From the NCBI GenBank assembly GCA_964188305.1, contig OZ076888.1: DNA of 64,000 nucleotides; one strand, 5' to 3'. Origin of the DNA: Podarcis bocagei. Lineage: Eukaryota. Below are positions 35,842 to 46,226 of this stretch, piece after piece. Below the pieces are notes generated by a model, which was not told where the DNA came from, ran no database searches, and worked only from the letters and a program-made list of their open reading frames with translations. Positions within the stretch are counted from its first letter, which is position 1; the number at the start of each line of letters is the position of its first letter. A program made the translations under genes and the position numbers.

Positions 35842-38800
35842 CTAAACAAGAGAAGGAAAGGGGAGAAAATATACTTAGCACCTGTTTTTAATGCGCAGAG
35901 TCTTGTAACGTCATCAAAAGGGTGATAACATTTTTGAAATTTGAAGAAAAGTATCAGTGATCTTGCGGCAGTTCATAAACATGCATTTTAATACAGAACT
36001 GTGCTTTACTTCAAAATTATTTCCCACATCAAACTTGTCCAAGCAAATGAAAAAATATTCTGTCATTAAAAATAAAATAAAATAAAATGCAAAAGCATTT
36101 CAAAAATCAATACCACCCCCACACGCTTAAAACTTTACTCTTATAGTAATTATACCCTCTCAATAATCAAATGCCAATTTCATTATCTTTTAGAAATAGA
36201 ATGCAGCAATTGGGCCTAATAAACAGCTAGGAGAACAGCTGCAAAAACTTTTAGGCATTCATCCACTGTGTAGAACAGGCATGCATAGGAAAGGATACAG
36301 GCTCTGTCCATACCCACCTCTTCATTCAAACACTAGAACAGATAGCCCAAACATACTGCCTTTCTTATTATTGACTCCAGTTGCAGAAGCTGAGGCTGAA
36401 AAAGCCAGAGACTATCTTGGCTGCGAGTCCTGGAAGACCTGCTGCTCTGCCTTGAAGGCCTTTTCCACCTGACCAGGGAGGGTGGAGCCCTGACTGACTC
36501 CAGCTGCAAAAACTGAGGCTGTTGGGGTGCTGCTGCTGTTGGTTTTTTGTATCTTTGTGAGAGGCTTTGGTGTAATTTATCTTGAAAATGTTCAGTTTGC
36601 ATTTTTTTATGCTTAATTTATTGTTTATGACTACGTTTGTTATGTTGTAGTTATGTATTTTTACATGCTGTAAGCCATCTTGAGCAAGGTTTGAACTGTG
36701 GAAAGGTGGCATACAAATAAAATTATTTGCACACACACTTAGGCCTCACCTACACTATATGTTTAATACAGCATCATACCACTTTATAAACAGTCATGAC
36801 TTCTCCCAAAGAATTATTGGAGCTGCAGTTTTATACAGATGGTGAGAGTTGTTCCAGGCCCCTATTCCCCTCCCAGTTCCCAGAGTTGTTTAATAATCAA
36901 CCTTCTAACAACTTATATCACCTTTAACAAACTACAGTTCCCATAATTTTTTGGAGGGAAGTCAAGATTGTTTATAGTGGTATCATACTGCCTTAAATGC
37001 ATGGCGCAGACCTTATACATAATGCATAGAAAACTTAACACAACAGATCTACTGATGTCATTTTTGACCCTTGTAAATTTGTAGTCGGAATGCTTTGTTG
37101 TTTTTCCTATTCATGCATAGCTCTCCTTTATTTATCTACCCTACCCTGTTCCTAGATTTTTATTTAAAACGAAGAACAAGGAAGAACAAGTAGGAGGAGG
37201 AGCTTTAAAAGGGGGAGAATATTATAATGGAACTGCTAAAAATCACAGCCAAATTATTTTGAATACATTTATAAAATCCTTAAAAGCCCAGAAGAAGACC
37301 AACAGTACAATTATTATTGTTCCCGGGGATTTTTTTCTAGTCAGAATTCGCTGGAACTCAATTCCAGCACCTCTCAGGTGGGGCAGCATTGCCATTCTAA
37401 GAGAACAAGGGAGTGAGGACATGACAGGGAGTTCTAGCATGTCACTGATTGTTCCTTATCTTCTTGTTCTGCGTTACTGTGTTTTGGGTTTAGAATTAAA
37501 GAGAAGCTGTGAAGAATAAGAGAGTTTACATAAGATATTCATTAATTTTAAATACCTGTTTCTTCTTACACAAATCCTTTGGGTATCTTGTTCTACCTTC
37601 TAAAATTTACCACTATAAGTTGCAGTGCCGGTTGGGGGCTGCACTACAGGCATTTGCTAAAATTAGCCCATAATAATCTATGGAACTAATGTGAAGAAGC
37701 TACTAGACTGTAGAGCATACCATCTGAAAATATATCCTTTGAGACTATAGTTTTGCTAAAAGAATTCTGGCAATCTAATGAGTTAATGCTGTTCTGCCCT
37801 TGCTTTTTTCGTTATTTATCAGATTCTCACTGATTATCTAGCTCCAGTCTCTTTCTACTATCTTCTTTAACTGTTGAAATGAAAAACACCTCCTATTCAG
37901 CTCCTGCTGAGCATAACAGCATCCCTTCTCTCTCTGCTTTGTTGACTTCCCATCTGTTTTTCAGATCTTATCTGGCAACATATCTTTTCACAATTGCCTT
38001 TACCTTTACTTCTCTCTTCCACTGTTAATATTTTTTCTCCCCACTATGCACCTGCAGTATTTAATTCTTTGAAGTACTGCAGTGTATAATTAAGGTTAAA
38101 AATACAGAGAAAATAAATTGCAGTATTTTTACTTTTTTTGATAAAACAGTTTCTATACAATGCCAGTTGCTGGCTACTGTATAAAATAACTGGCACAGTG
38201 GGGCTGATTTGTCTCCCTTGAACTCCTGCATTTAAATCATGGCAAAACACATTGAAAATTATAAAACAATATCAGTGCAAAATTGCTCTTCAAATGAAAA
38301 GGAAGCTGCAAAATCAGCATGTCTAGATTTCTGTGCTAAAGATCCACTAGATAAGAAAACCCCCACCCTATACCAAATTTCCATACCACATGAACTGAAG
38401 TGCAAAGACTATTATCAATGGCACGCAGAGCCATGGAAAATGAGAGGGAATCTACGCTGAATAAGTAATTATTTTAGGTGCTCTGTGGCAAAGAAACATC
38501 ACATATTCTTTTACTTGCCAGCTGTGAGATCGAAAAGTGTTTGAAGACATCCTTGGTCTTTTCTTTCTTGCGCATGAAAGCAAATACATGACAATTTAAA
38601 TTACTGCAAGACAATTGAGGACATCCTTACTGCAAAACCTATACCCTCAAAACTCTGGAGATCCTTAAACCAGGCATACATCGGGTGTGGGGATACTCTG
38701 GCCCTCCACACATTGCCCTCCATTGGCCATGTTTACTAGGGCTGATGTGAATTTTAGTTCTGCAACATGTGGAACTGTCATATATCAAGCTCCACTTATT

Positions 38801-40440
38801 ACAGTCATCACAAAGCCAAACATGTCTTGTTCTTCTAGTAGTATATGTTCAAAGCTTTACTGCAAGGACAGTAATGAGTAATGGTGTCAATGCAGCATCT
38901 GCCGCCCCCCCCCAGATGTTTCTATCCGAAAAATTTGTGGGCAGGGCTGCGTAGGTCCAGCCCATCAGCAAAGGCCCGGCTTCTAATATTCTCCTTGCTG
39001 TCCTTTCCAGCTATTTGTTCCCAACAGCTCAGTGACATTGCAACCAGTAATACTTTTTGTACTTTGAGCCACTATTTACGATCCAGATGGTAATGGAAGA
39101 GAGTATAACACTCCATTTACAACAGAGTAATATCAATAGCAAGCACAGACCTCTGACTTGCCTGAATACTAATAGCTGCTTTATAGGCACCACCATGTGA
39201 CTTTACCCCTTGGGGCCATGATCATGAATGAGTCCATTTCAGAAAATAGCAGTGTCTTGTGACACTGGGGGGAGAGCTGTTATATCCTATTTCGTCTCCT
39301 TTAATGCATTTGGCACATTTCTGCATGCTCATGCAAACAGCGTGGAAGGTGAGGGAAATCTAAAGTGGCTTTGTTCTTAATGAGAAGCCATGATAACGGG
39401 CTCGCCTGCTTACTAAAATAAGCATCACACCTAATGACATAAACTCATTGTCTTAACTCAGTGCATTTACAGTATTTATTATGCAGCAGGGTGTACCCCA
39501 AGCAACCCATTTGCTTTGAATCCCCTCTAGACTTTGCAGTACAACACATCCACACTGCTCAAACATAAATCTTCAGCATTGGCGTAGAATTCCAATTGCT
39601 AAGCCTGTCTCTGCAGAATTTTGAGATGTCACCGTTGTGAAAAGTTGGTAAACATGCAGTTTAGCTTAGGCTCTGCATTTTTATTTAACTGCAAGAGAGC
39701 GAATAACACAAGCAGCTAGGAAAATTTCCCTTTGATCCTTAGCTGGAGGGCTTTAGCATTATCCTCTCAGCCACAGCACCCAGATCAAACATTCTGCTCT
39801 ACTACACAAGAGGTCACATGCTCTGTAAATCTGCTTCGGAGCCTGCCACCAGAGAACGTCTTATATTGTAATGTACTTGAAGCAGCAGCAACAGTTGCAT
39901 GTGTCAGGGACCGGAATAAGACTGAGAACTGTCAAGAAGAAAGTGGGTGGGTGAAAGACGGAGTCTGCAGCAAATTTGTGGATGCAAAGCAAAGCATAGG
40001 TTCAGTGCTGGTACCGAGAAGAGCTCTCGCACCAGAGATTGCTGGGATAACAGGGAACTTGCCTTTTGGGTGGCGGCAATGGAGGAAGATTGGGTTGGAC
40101 AGAAAGCATTTCTGTGAGGAGGTATTAGCAAGGGATTAAGTGGAGTGGAACCATGGATGAGCTTTTGTTAGTGTTTACTTGAACATGCAACCGTGCTGAA
40201 TTTCCCCAGATGAGAGACAAAAGAGTTTGGGATGGGAGGATGTTTACTATTTGATGGGGTGGCCAGAAACTCTATCTTTTGTCTCTTTCCTTTCTTTTTG
40301 AAAGTTAACTAAAGGCAATCCAGTGCACTCAGCAGCCAAATGCAGGTTGCTTTAAAAACCTCTTAAGAATGGTTCTGGGAAAGTAACTCCAATAGGCCTG
40401 TGGGGTCAGATATCATTTCTCCCTGTGCATTGTGTTTTGG

Positions 40441-40681
40441 AAGAAGAAGAAGAGTTTAGATTTGATATCCCGCTTTATCACTACCCGAAGGAGTCTCAAA
40501 GCGGCTAGCATTCTCCTTTCCCTTCCTCCCCCACAACAAACACTCTGTGAGGTGAGTGGGGCTGAGAGACTTCAAAGAAGTGTGACTGGCCCAAGGTCAC
40601 CCAGCAGCTGCATGTGGAGGAGCGGAGACGCAAACCCGGTTCACCAGATTAAAAGACTACCACTCTTAACCACTACACCAC
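40441..40681 (-). mobile_element. Squam3-like SINE
   Basis: Near-identical to the 5352 copy; (CTT)n tail. Confidence 0.87.
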
Positions 40682-40840
40682 AATACATGCAATGGATTGC
40701 TTTTGTTTAATGTTGTAAAAATAGAGGGAGGGGCATGGAAAAGCCACGCAGCCATCTCAATAAGATCCCATGCACATATCTACTTCATGCTGAGAAAGAC
40801 TGGGTTCTCTAGTTTCACCTTATGATGGGAAAGTGGTGGA

Positions 40841-41050
40841 AGAGCCAGTGTGGCATAATCTTCAGAGTGTTGGACTGGGACTTGGGAAAGCAGGGTTCAA
40901 AATTCCACTTCAACCAAGCTCACTGGGTAACCTTGGGCCAGTCACCATCTCTTAGCCTAACCTGCCTCACAGGGATGTTGTGAGGATGAAATGAAACGGG
41001 GAGGAGGAGAACCTTGAGATCCTTGGGAGATAAAGGTGGTATATAAATGT
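40841..41050 (+). mobile_element. Older tRNA-derived SINE (Squam3/MIR-like)
   Basis: agagccagtgtggc head, cagggttcaaa box B, ctgggtaaccttgggccagtca and cctcacaggga..ttgtgagg core. Confidence 0.7.
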
Positions 41051-42029
41051 AACATGAATACATAAATTTCTAACAAGAAATGCATTGGGTCTCAGGCCTG
41101 TGTCTGTGTGAGATTATTGCCATATGACCTGCAAGCCTGCTTCCTTAACTGGAAGTGTGGGGTGGGAATTTGCCTCACATAACCAAAGATTCAACAGATT
41201 ATTAAAGTTAGGTAACATCTGTACCATACATCTGAAGCACATGACCCGCCAAGAATCATGGGAACCAAATTTTATCCTTCACATAGCTACAATTCCCAGC
41301 ACACTTAACTGGGAACTATACTTCCCAGGATTCTTAAACTTAACTTAAACTACAGTTCCCAGGATTGTTTGGGAGATGTCCTGTGCTTTTAAATTTGTGG
41401 TGTGGAGACGTCCAAGCAAATATGGCACCATTTTATCTTTAGCCTAAGTTTTTGCTTGTTTCTTGGACATAAGACAGTTGTGTGTGTATTGGTGAACCCC
41501 TAGTTTCAGGAGAAGCAGGAACCTAATAAGTTGAAGGAAAGAAGGGCATAGGCAGTAAGCTGATAGCCACTAAGAAAGTGAAGCTGAAGGAAAATACCCC
41601 ACACATTCTTAGAAGAGGAGGTATTCTGTGGCACTGGCTTCAAAGGAAAACACTACTGGGTTGTTGTTTTTTGTGGGTGGGGTCCAAAAAGTGTCCAGGA
41701 GCATAGGGATGGGGGAAGTCTGAAACTAATTGGAATTTTTCAGCCAAAGACACGGTTGCAAGACCATTATTAGATGTAAATAATCATGATTGGGCAGGAG
41801 CGAAACATATTGAATCAGGCTTTATAAACTACAAATAATCCTTTTCAAAAGAGCTTTGTGAACAAGATTTGGCACTATTCCTTTTATGCAGATGACATTC
41901 AGTTGAATGGATCAAACAGACAAAGAGAGAGAGAGAAATATATATATGCTTTCGTAGATTTTCACGGGTACAGGAATGTAGGTTTTGGTGTCTTCGGGTG
42001 TCTTCCCGTGTAAGAGTTGGGGTGTCTAG

Positions 42030-42069
42030 GCGACGTTTCGACGAGGTCTCACTCGTCATCTTCAGGCTG
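42030..42069 (-). ncRNA. Minimal type I hammerhead ribozyme motif (inverted pLTR copy)
   Basis: Minus strand reads cagc-CUGAAGA-u-GACGAG-ugagac-CUCGUC-GAAA-C-GUC-gc. Confidence 0.8.
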
Positions 42070-43240
42070 GTGCTTTCGGCTTCTTGTTACTGGAACAGAG
42101 CAGGATCTCAGTGTTTGAGTTCCTATAAATACTGTTGAGGGGGTGTGGTGCAGAGAAGAAGTTCCCAGGTTATTGTGCCTTTTCTTCTTTTGTTCCTTAA
42201 TTACTTGGGGGATATCTTGAGTGATATCTTGAGTGATATTCTGAGTACCACTTAGGTGGGTCATTAAGTGTGGATTAGTTGCTATAGCTTTCGTGTCTTG
42301 ACCTCTTGACCTTGTAAAGAGTTTTTCTGAGAAGATGGCTGTACTCCACTTAGTTGTGCTCTGGCTTGGCTTCGTGTATAGGGGCGAGCTGTGGTTTTGT
42401 GCCCTGTGCCAGCCAGATCTGTGTTGGGATTGCAGGTGTGGGTCTGGTGTGGTTGATTGGAGATGGCGTTCTGTGTGCCTCTGGTTCTGGTGTCGGTTTT
42501 TGTGGGGAAAAAACTTCCTCTCTTTACCAACACATGAAAGAAACAGGACACGAAATTAATTTTGCAGATTCCAAATTGCTCTTTAACATGGAACATCACC
42601 ACAAGAGAATAATCATGGAAGCCATCGAGATAGAGAAACACCCTCACAACATGAACAAGCGTGACGACACGTCCCGCCTGCCAGACATCTGGAAATTAGC
42701 CCTCCCCACAAAAACCGACACCAGAACCAGAGGCACACAGAACGCCATCTCCAATCAACCACACCAGACCCAAACCCAGACCCTCTCCACAGATAAATTA
42801 CAGACACCATCCAGTAGCCAAACCATAGTGGCACCTCCGGATGCTGCACCCCCCTGCAATCCCTACACAGATCTGGCTGGCACAGGGCACAAAACCACAG
42901 CTCGCCCCTATACACGAAGCCAAGCCAGAGCACAACTAAGTGCAGTACAGCCATCTTCTCAGAAAAACTCTTTACAAGGTCAAGAGGTCAAGACACGAAA
43001 GCTTTAGCAACTAATCCACACCTAATGACCCTCCTAAGTGGTACTCAGAATATCACTCAAGTAATCACTCAAGATATCCCTCAAGTAATTAATGAACAAA
43101 AGAAGAAAAGGCACATTAACCTAGGAACTTCCTCTCTGCCCAGAACGTTGGAGGCTATACACCACACCCCCTCAACAGTATTTATAGGAACTCAAACACT
43201 GAGATCCTGCTCTGTTCTAGTAACAAGAAGCCGAAAGCAC

Positions 43241-43280
43241 CAGCCTGAAGATGACGAGTGAGACCTCGTCGAAACGTCGC
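43241..43280 (+). ncRNA. Minimal type I hammerhead ribozyme motif (upstream pLTR)
   Basis: CUGAAGA 43245-43251; stem II GACGAG/CUCGUC; GAAA 43271-43274; palindromic ACGU stem III; predicted cleavage after GUC at 43278. Stem I is only about 2 perfect bp. Confidence 0.8.
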
Positions 43281-43678
43281 CTAGACACCCCAACTCTTAC
43301 ACGGGAAGACACCCGAAGACACCAAAACCTACATTCCTGTACCCGTGAAAATCTACGAAAGCATATATATATATATATATATATGCAGGTTTCCACTCTA
43401 AAACCCCAGCTACCGAAAGGATCCTGAAACGAACTGAACTATCCCTAATCAGAAACGAACTACATAAGAAAAGATACCTACTAAACCAAACCAACAAAGA
43501 TCTGCTCACTCTTCACCTCAAACTCTGTAACAAAATCCACCCTGCACTCTGGGACAAATGCAAACAACTAGCCGTTTGGAGAGCTGAAACAGAGTCCTCA
43601 CATAAGACAGACACACACACCAACAAACTCCACAAACTAGAGAAACGCCAGAAGCCCAGCCACCCTCCACAACAACCC

Positions 43679-45853
43679 ATGAAACAAACAGTACATAACA
43701 TATCAGACAGGATCCTCACCTCAACTGAAACCAAAGTACTCTCCAAAGGCTTCAACTTTGCAGTCGCCCCGAGACGCATCCCCACGGAAAACATCATATG
43801 CGGAGTCGAAGCTAGCCTAACCAAAATCAACCCAGATGAAGCCAATAAAATCAGACTCGAAGTCACCAACATCCTCTGCTCCAGCAAACCACCCAGAAGC
43901 AATTTACACAAAGAAGAACAAAAAGCACTCACCAACCTGAGGAAAGACAACAACATAATCATTCTCCCAGCAGACAAAGGTAATGCCACTGTTGTGATGA
44001 ACACATCGGACTACCAAGCAAAACTATCAAATCTACTCCAAGACCCTACCTACCAACCTATAAAAACAGATCCCACCACCTATCTGGAAAAAACCACCAA
44101 ATCCAAAATAAAAGCCTCTCCTATCAGTGAAGAAATCCAGCTAAGAATCATCCCCAGAGAAAAATCATCCAGATGCCCCAAACTCTACGGTCTCCCCAAG
44201 ATACACAAAGAAGGAACACCACTCAGACCAATAGTCAGCTCCATAGGCTCACCTCTACAAAATCTCGCTAAATTCCTCGCTAAGCAACTTCAGCCCTATG
44301 CAGAATCTATCGCTTCACACGTTACAAACTCCTTCCAGTTCATAGAAACAATAAAGAAGCAAAACCTACATCCCGATGACCTACTTGTGAGCTTCGATGT
44401 TGTATCTCTCTTCACACAAGTGCCCATTAATGAAGCCTTGACAGCCATTCAAAACAAATACAATCCCCCCGAATACATCCTGGACCTGACCAACCACTGC
44501 CTAACCAACACGTACTTCATCCACAATGGACAAAGATACAAACAGATAGAAGGAGCACCTATGGGATCACCCCTCTCACCGGTCATCGCAAATCTGTACA
44601 TGGAACACTTTGAAACCAATGCTTTAGACAAGTCAGAACACAAACCCAAACTTTGGCTCAGATATGTTGACGACACCTTTGTAATTTGGCCACACGGGAA
44701 GGAAAAACTAGATAGCTTCCTCACACATCTCAACAGCCTACACCCCAAAATACAATTCACTATGGAAATAGAAGCCAACAACCAACTTCCCTTCCTTGAC
44801 GTCCTAATCTACAAAAAACCTGATGGCTCCCTAGGACACACTATCTACCGGAAAAAAACACACACCAACCGCTACTTACATGCACAATCACACCACCACC
44901 CTGCACAAATAAACTCCGTAGCCAAGACTCTCATCTCCAGAACCAAACGCCTGGCTGACAAAGACCACTTGACAACTGAGTTACAGAATCTCTCAAATGT
45001 GTTAATCGCCAACGGATACCAGCAAAACAGGGTTACGAAGCTAATCCAAAAAGAAACACCCCCCAAAAACCAAGACACAGAAGAAAACAATGGCATGGCC
45101 CTCCTTCCTTATATCAAGGGCACTACAGATAAAATTAGCAAAATCCTCCATAAACACAATATCAAAACAGCCTTTTGCACCAACCAAAAAATAGCCAATA
45201 TCCTCAGAAACCCAAAAGATAAAATCCAGTTAGAAAACCAAGGGGTCTATGAAATACCCTGCAAAGTCTGCCCAGCCACGTACATTGGACAAACAAACAG
45301 ACGAATAAATGCACGTATCGCAGAACACAAGAATGCCGTCAAAAAAAAAGAAGAAAAAACTTCCTCTCTTTACCAACACATGAAAGAAACAGGACACGAA
45401 ATTAATTTTGCAGATTCCAAATTGCTCTTTAACATGGAACATCACCACAAGAGAATAATCATGGAAGCCATCGAGATAGAGAAACACCCTCACAACATGA
45501 ACAAGCGTGACGACACGTCCCGCCTGCCAGACATCTGGAAATTAGCCCTCCCCACAAAAACCGACACCAGAACCAGAGGCACACAGAACGCCATCTCCAA
45601 TCAACCACACCAGACCCAAACCCAGACCCTCTCCACAGATAAATTACAGACACCATCCAGTAGCCAAACCATAGTGGCACCTCCGGATGCTGCACCCCCC
45701 TGCAATCCCAACACAGATCTGGCTGGCACAGGGCACAAAACCACAGCTCGCCCCTATACACGAAGCCAAGCCAGAGCACAACTAAGTGGAGTACAGCCAT
45801 CTTCTCAGAAAAACTCTTTACAAGGTCAAGAGGTCAAGACACGAAAGCTTTAG
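43679..45853 (+). CDS. Penelope-like reverse transcriptase + GIY-YIG endonuclease (724 aa from first ATG; frame open from 43349)
   Basis: Motifs: ILPADKGN (PLE DKG), LVSFDVVSLFT (A), QIEGAPMGSPLSPVIANLYM (B), LRYVDDTF (C), and GVYEIPCKVCPATYIGQT..RIAEH..MEAIEI..MN (GIY-YIG with CxxC). No stops or frameshifts. Confidence 0.96.
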   Translation: MKQTVHNISDRILTSTETKVLSKGFNFAVAPRRIPTENIICGVEASLTKINPDEANKIRLEVTNILCSSKPPRSNLHKEEQKALTNLRKDNNIIILPADKGNATVVMNTSDYQAKLSNLLQDPTYQPIKTDPTTYLEKTTKSKIKASPISEEIQLRIIPREKSSRCPKLYGLPKIHKEGTPLRPIVSSIGSPLQNLAKFLAKQLQPYAESIASHVTNSFQFIETIKKQNLHPDDLLVSFDVVSLFTQVPINEALTAIQNKYNPPEYILDLTNHCLTNTYFIHNGQRYKQIEGAPMGSPLSPVIANLYMEHFETNALDKSEHKPKLWLRYVDDTFVIWPHGKEKLDSFLTHLNSLHPKIQFTMEIEANNQLPFLDVLIYKKPDGSLGHTIYRKKTHTNRYLHAQSHHHPAQINSVAKTLISRTKRLADKDHLTTELQNLSNVLIANGYQQNRVTKLIQKETPPKNQDTEENNGMALLPYIKGTTDKISKILHKHNIKTAFCTNQKIANILRNPKDKIQLENQGVYEIPCKVCPATYIGQTNRRINARIAEHKNAVKKKEEKTSSLYQHMKETGHEINFADSKLLFNMEHHHKRIIMEAIEIEKHPHNMNKRDDTSRLPDIWKLALPTKTDTRTRGTQNAISNQPHQTQTQTLSTDKLQTPSSSQTIVAPPDAAPPCNPNTDLAGTGHKTTARPYTRSQARAQLSGVQPSSQKNSLQGQEVKTRKL

Positions 45854-46086
45854 CAACTAATCCACACCTAATGACCCTCCTAAGTGGTTCTCAGAATATC
45901 ACTCAAGAAATCACTCAAGATATCCCTCAAGTAATTAATGAACAAAAGAAGAAAAGGCACAATAACCTGGGAACTTCCTCTCTGCCCAGAACGTTGGAGG
46001 CTATACACCACACCCCCTCAACAGTATTTATAGGAACTCAAACACTGAGATCCTGCTCTGTTCTAGTAACAAGAAGCCGAAAGCAC

Positions 46087-46126
46087 CAGCCTGAAGATGA
46101 CGAGTGAGACCTTGTCGAAACGTCGC
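46087..46126 (+). ncRNA. Minimal type I hammerhead ribozyme motif (downstream pLTR)
   Basis: Same core; the stem II 3' strand is CUUGUC, turning one G-C pair into a G-U wobble. Confidence 0.78.
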
Positions 46127-46173
46127 CTAGACACCCCAACTCTTACACGGGAAGACACCCGAAGACACCAAAA

Positions 46174-46175
<2 letters not shown>

Positions 46176-46224
<49 letters not shown>
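46176..46224. repeat. (TA)n microsatellite at the PLE 3' end
   Basis: About 24 TA units. Confidence 0.97.

Positions 46225-46226
<2 letters not shown>

Larger units (their letters stand above)
41948..46177 (+). mobile_element. Composite Penelope-like element (Penelope/Poseidon type) with inverted and direct pseudo-LTRs
   Basis: Inverted 3' copy 41948-42508 (minus strand); direct 3' copy 42507-43362, matching 45353-46177 plus about 30 nt; (TA)n spacer; main body about 43385-46177. All three 3' ends run into (TA)n. Confidence 0.95.

Noticed and set aside
39902-40690. Possible third TGTCAGGG-type LTR, interrupted by a SINE
   Set aside because: The right terminus and TSD could not be resolved (gcatg vs acatg, no clean CA end).
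42282-43007. ORFs 42354..43007 and 42282..42647 as novel genes
   Set aside because: They are chimeric read-throughs across the PLE inversion junction that duplicate the C-terminus of the RT/EN ORF.
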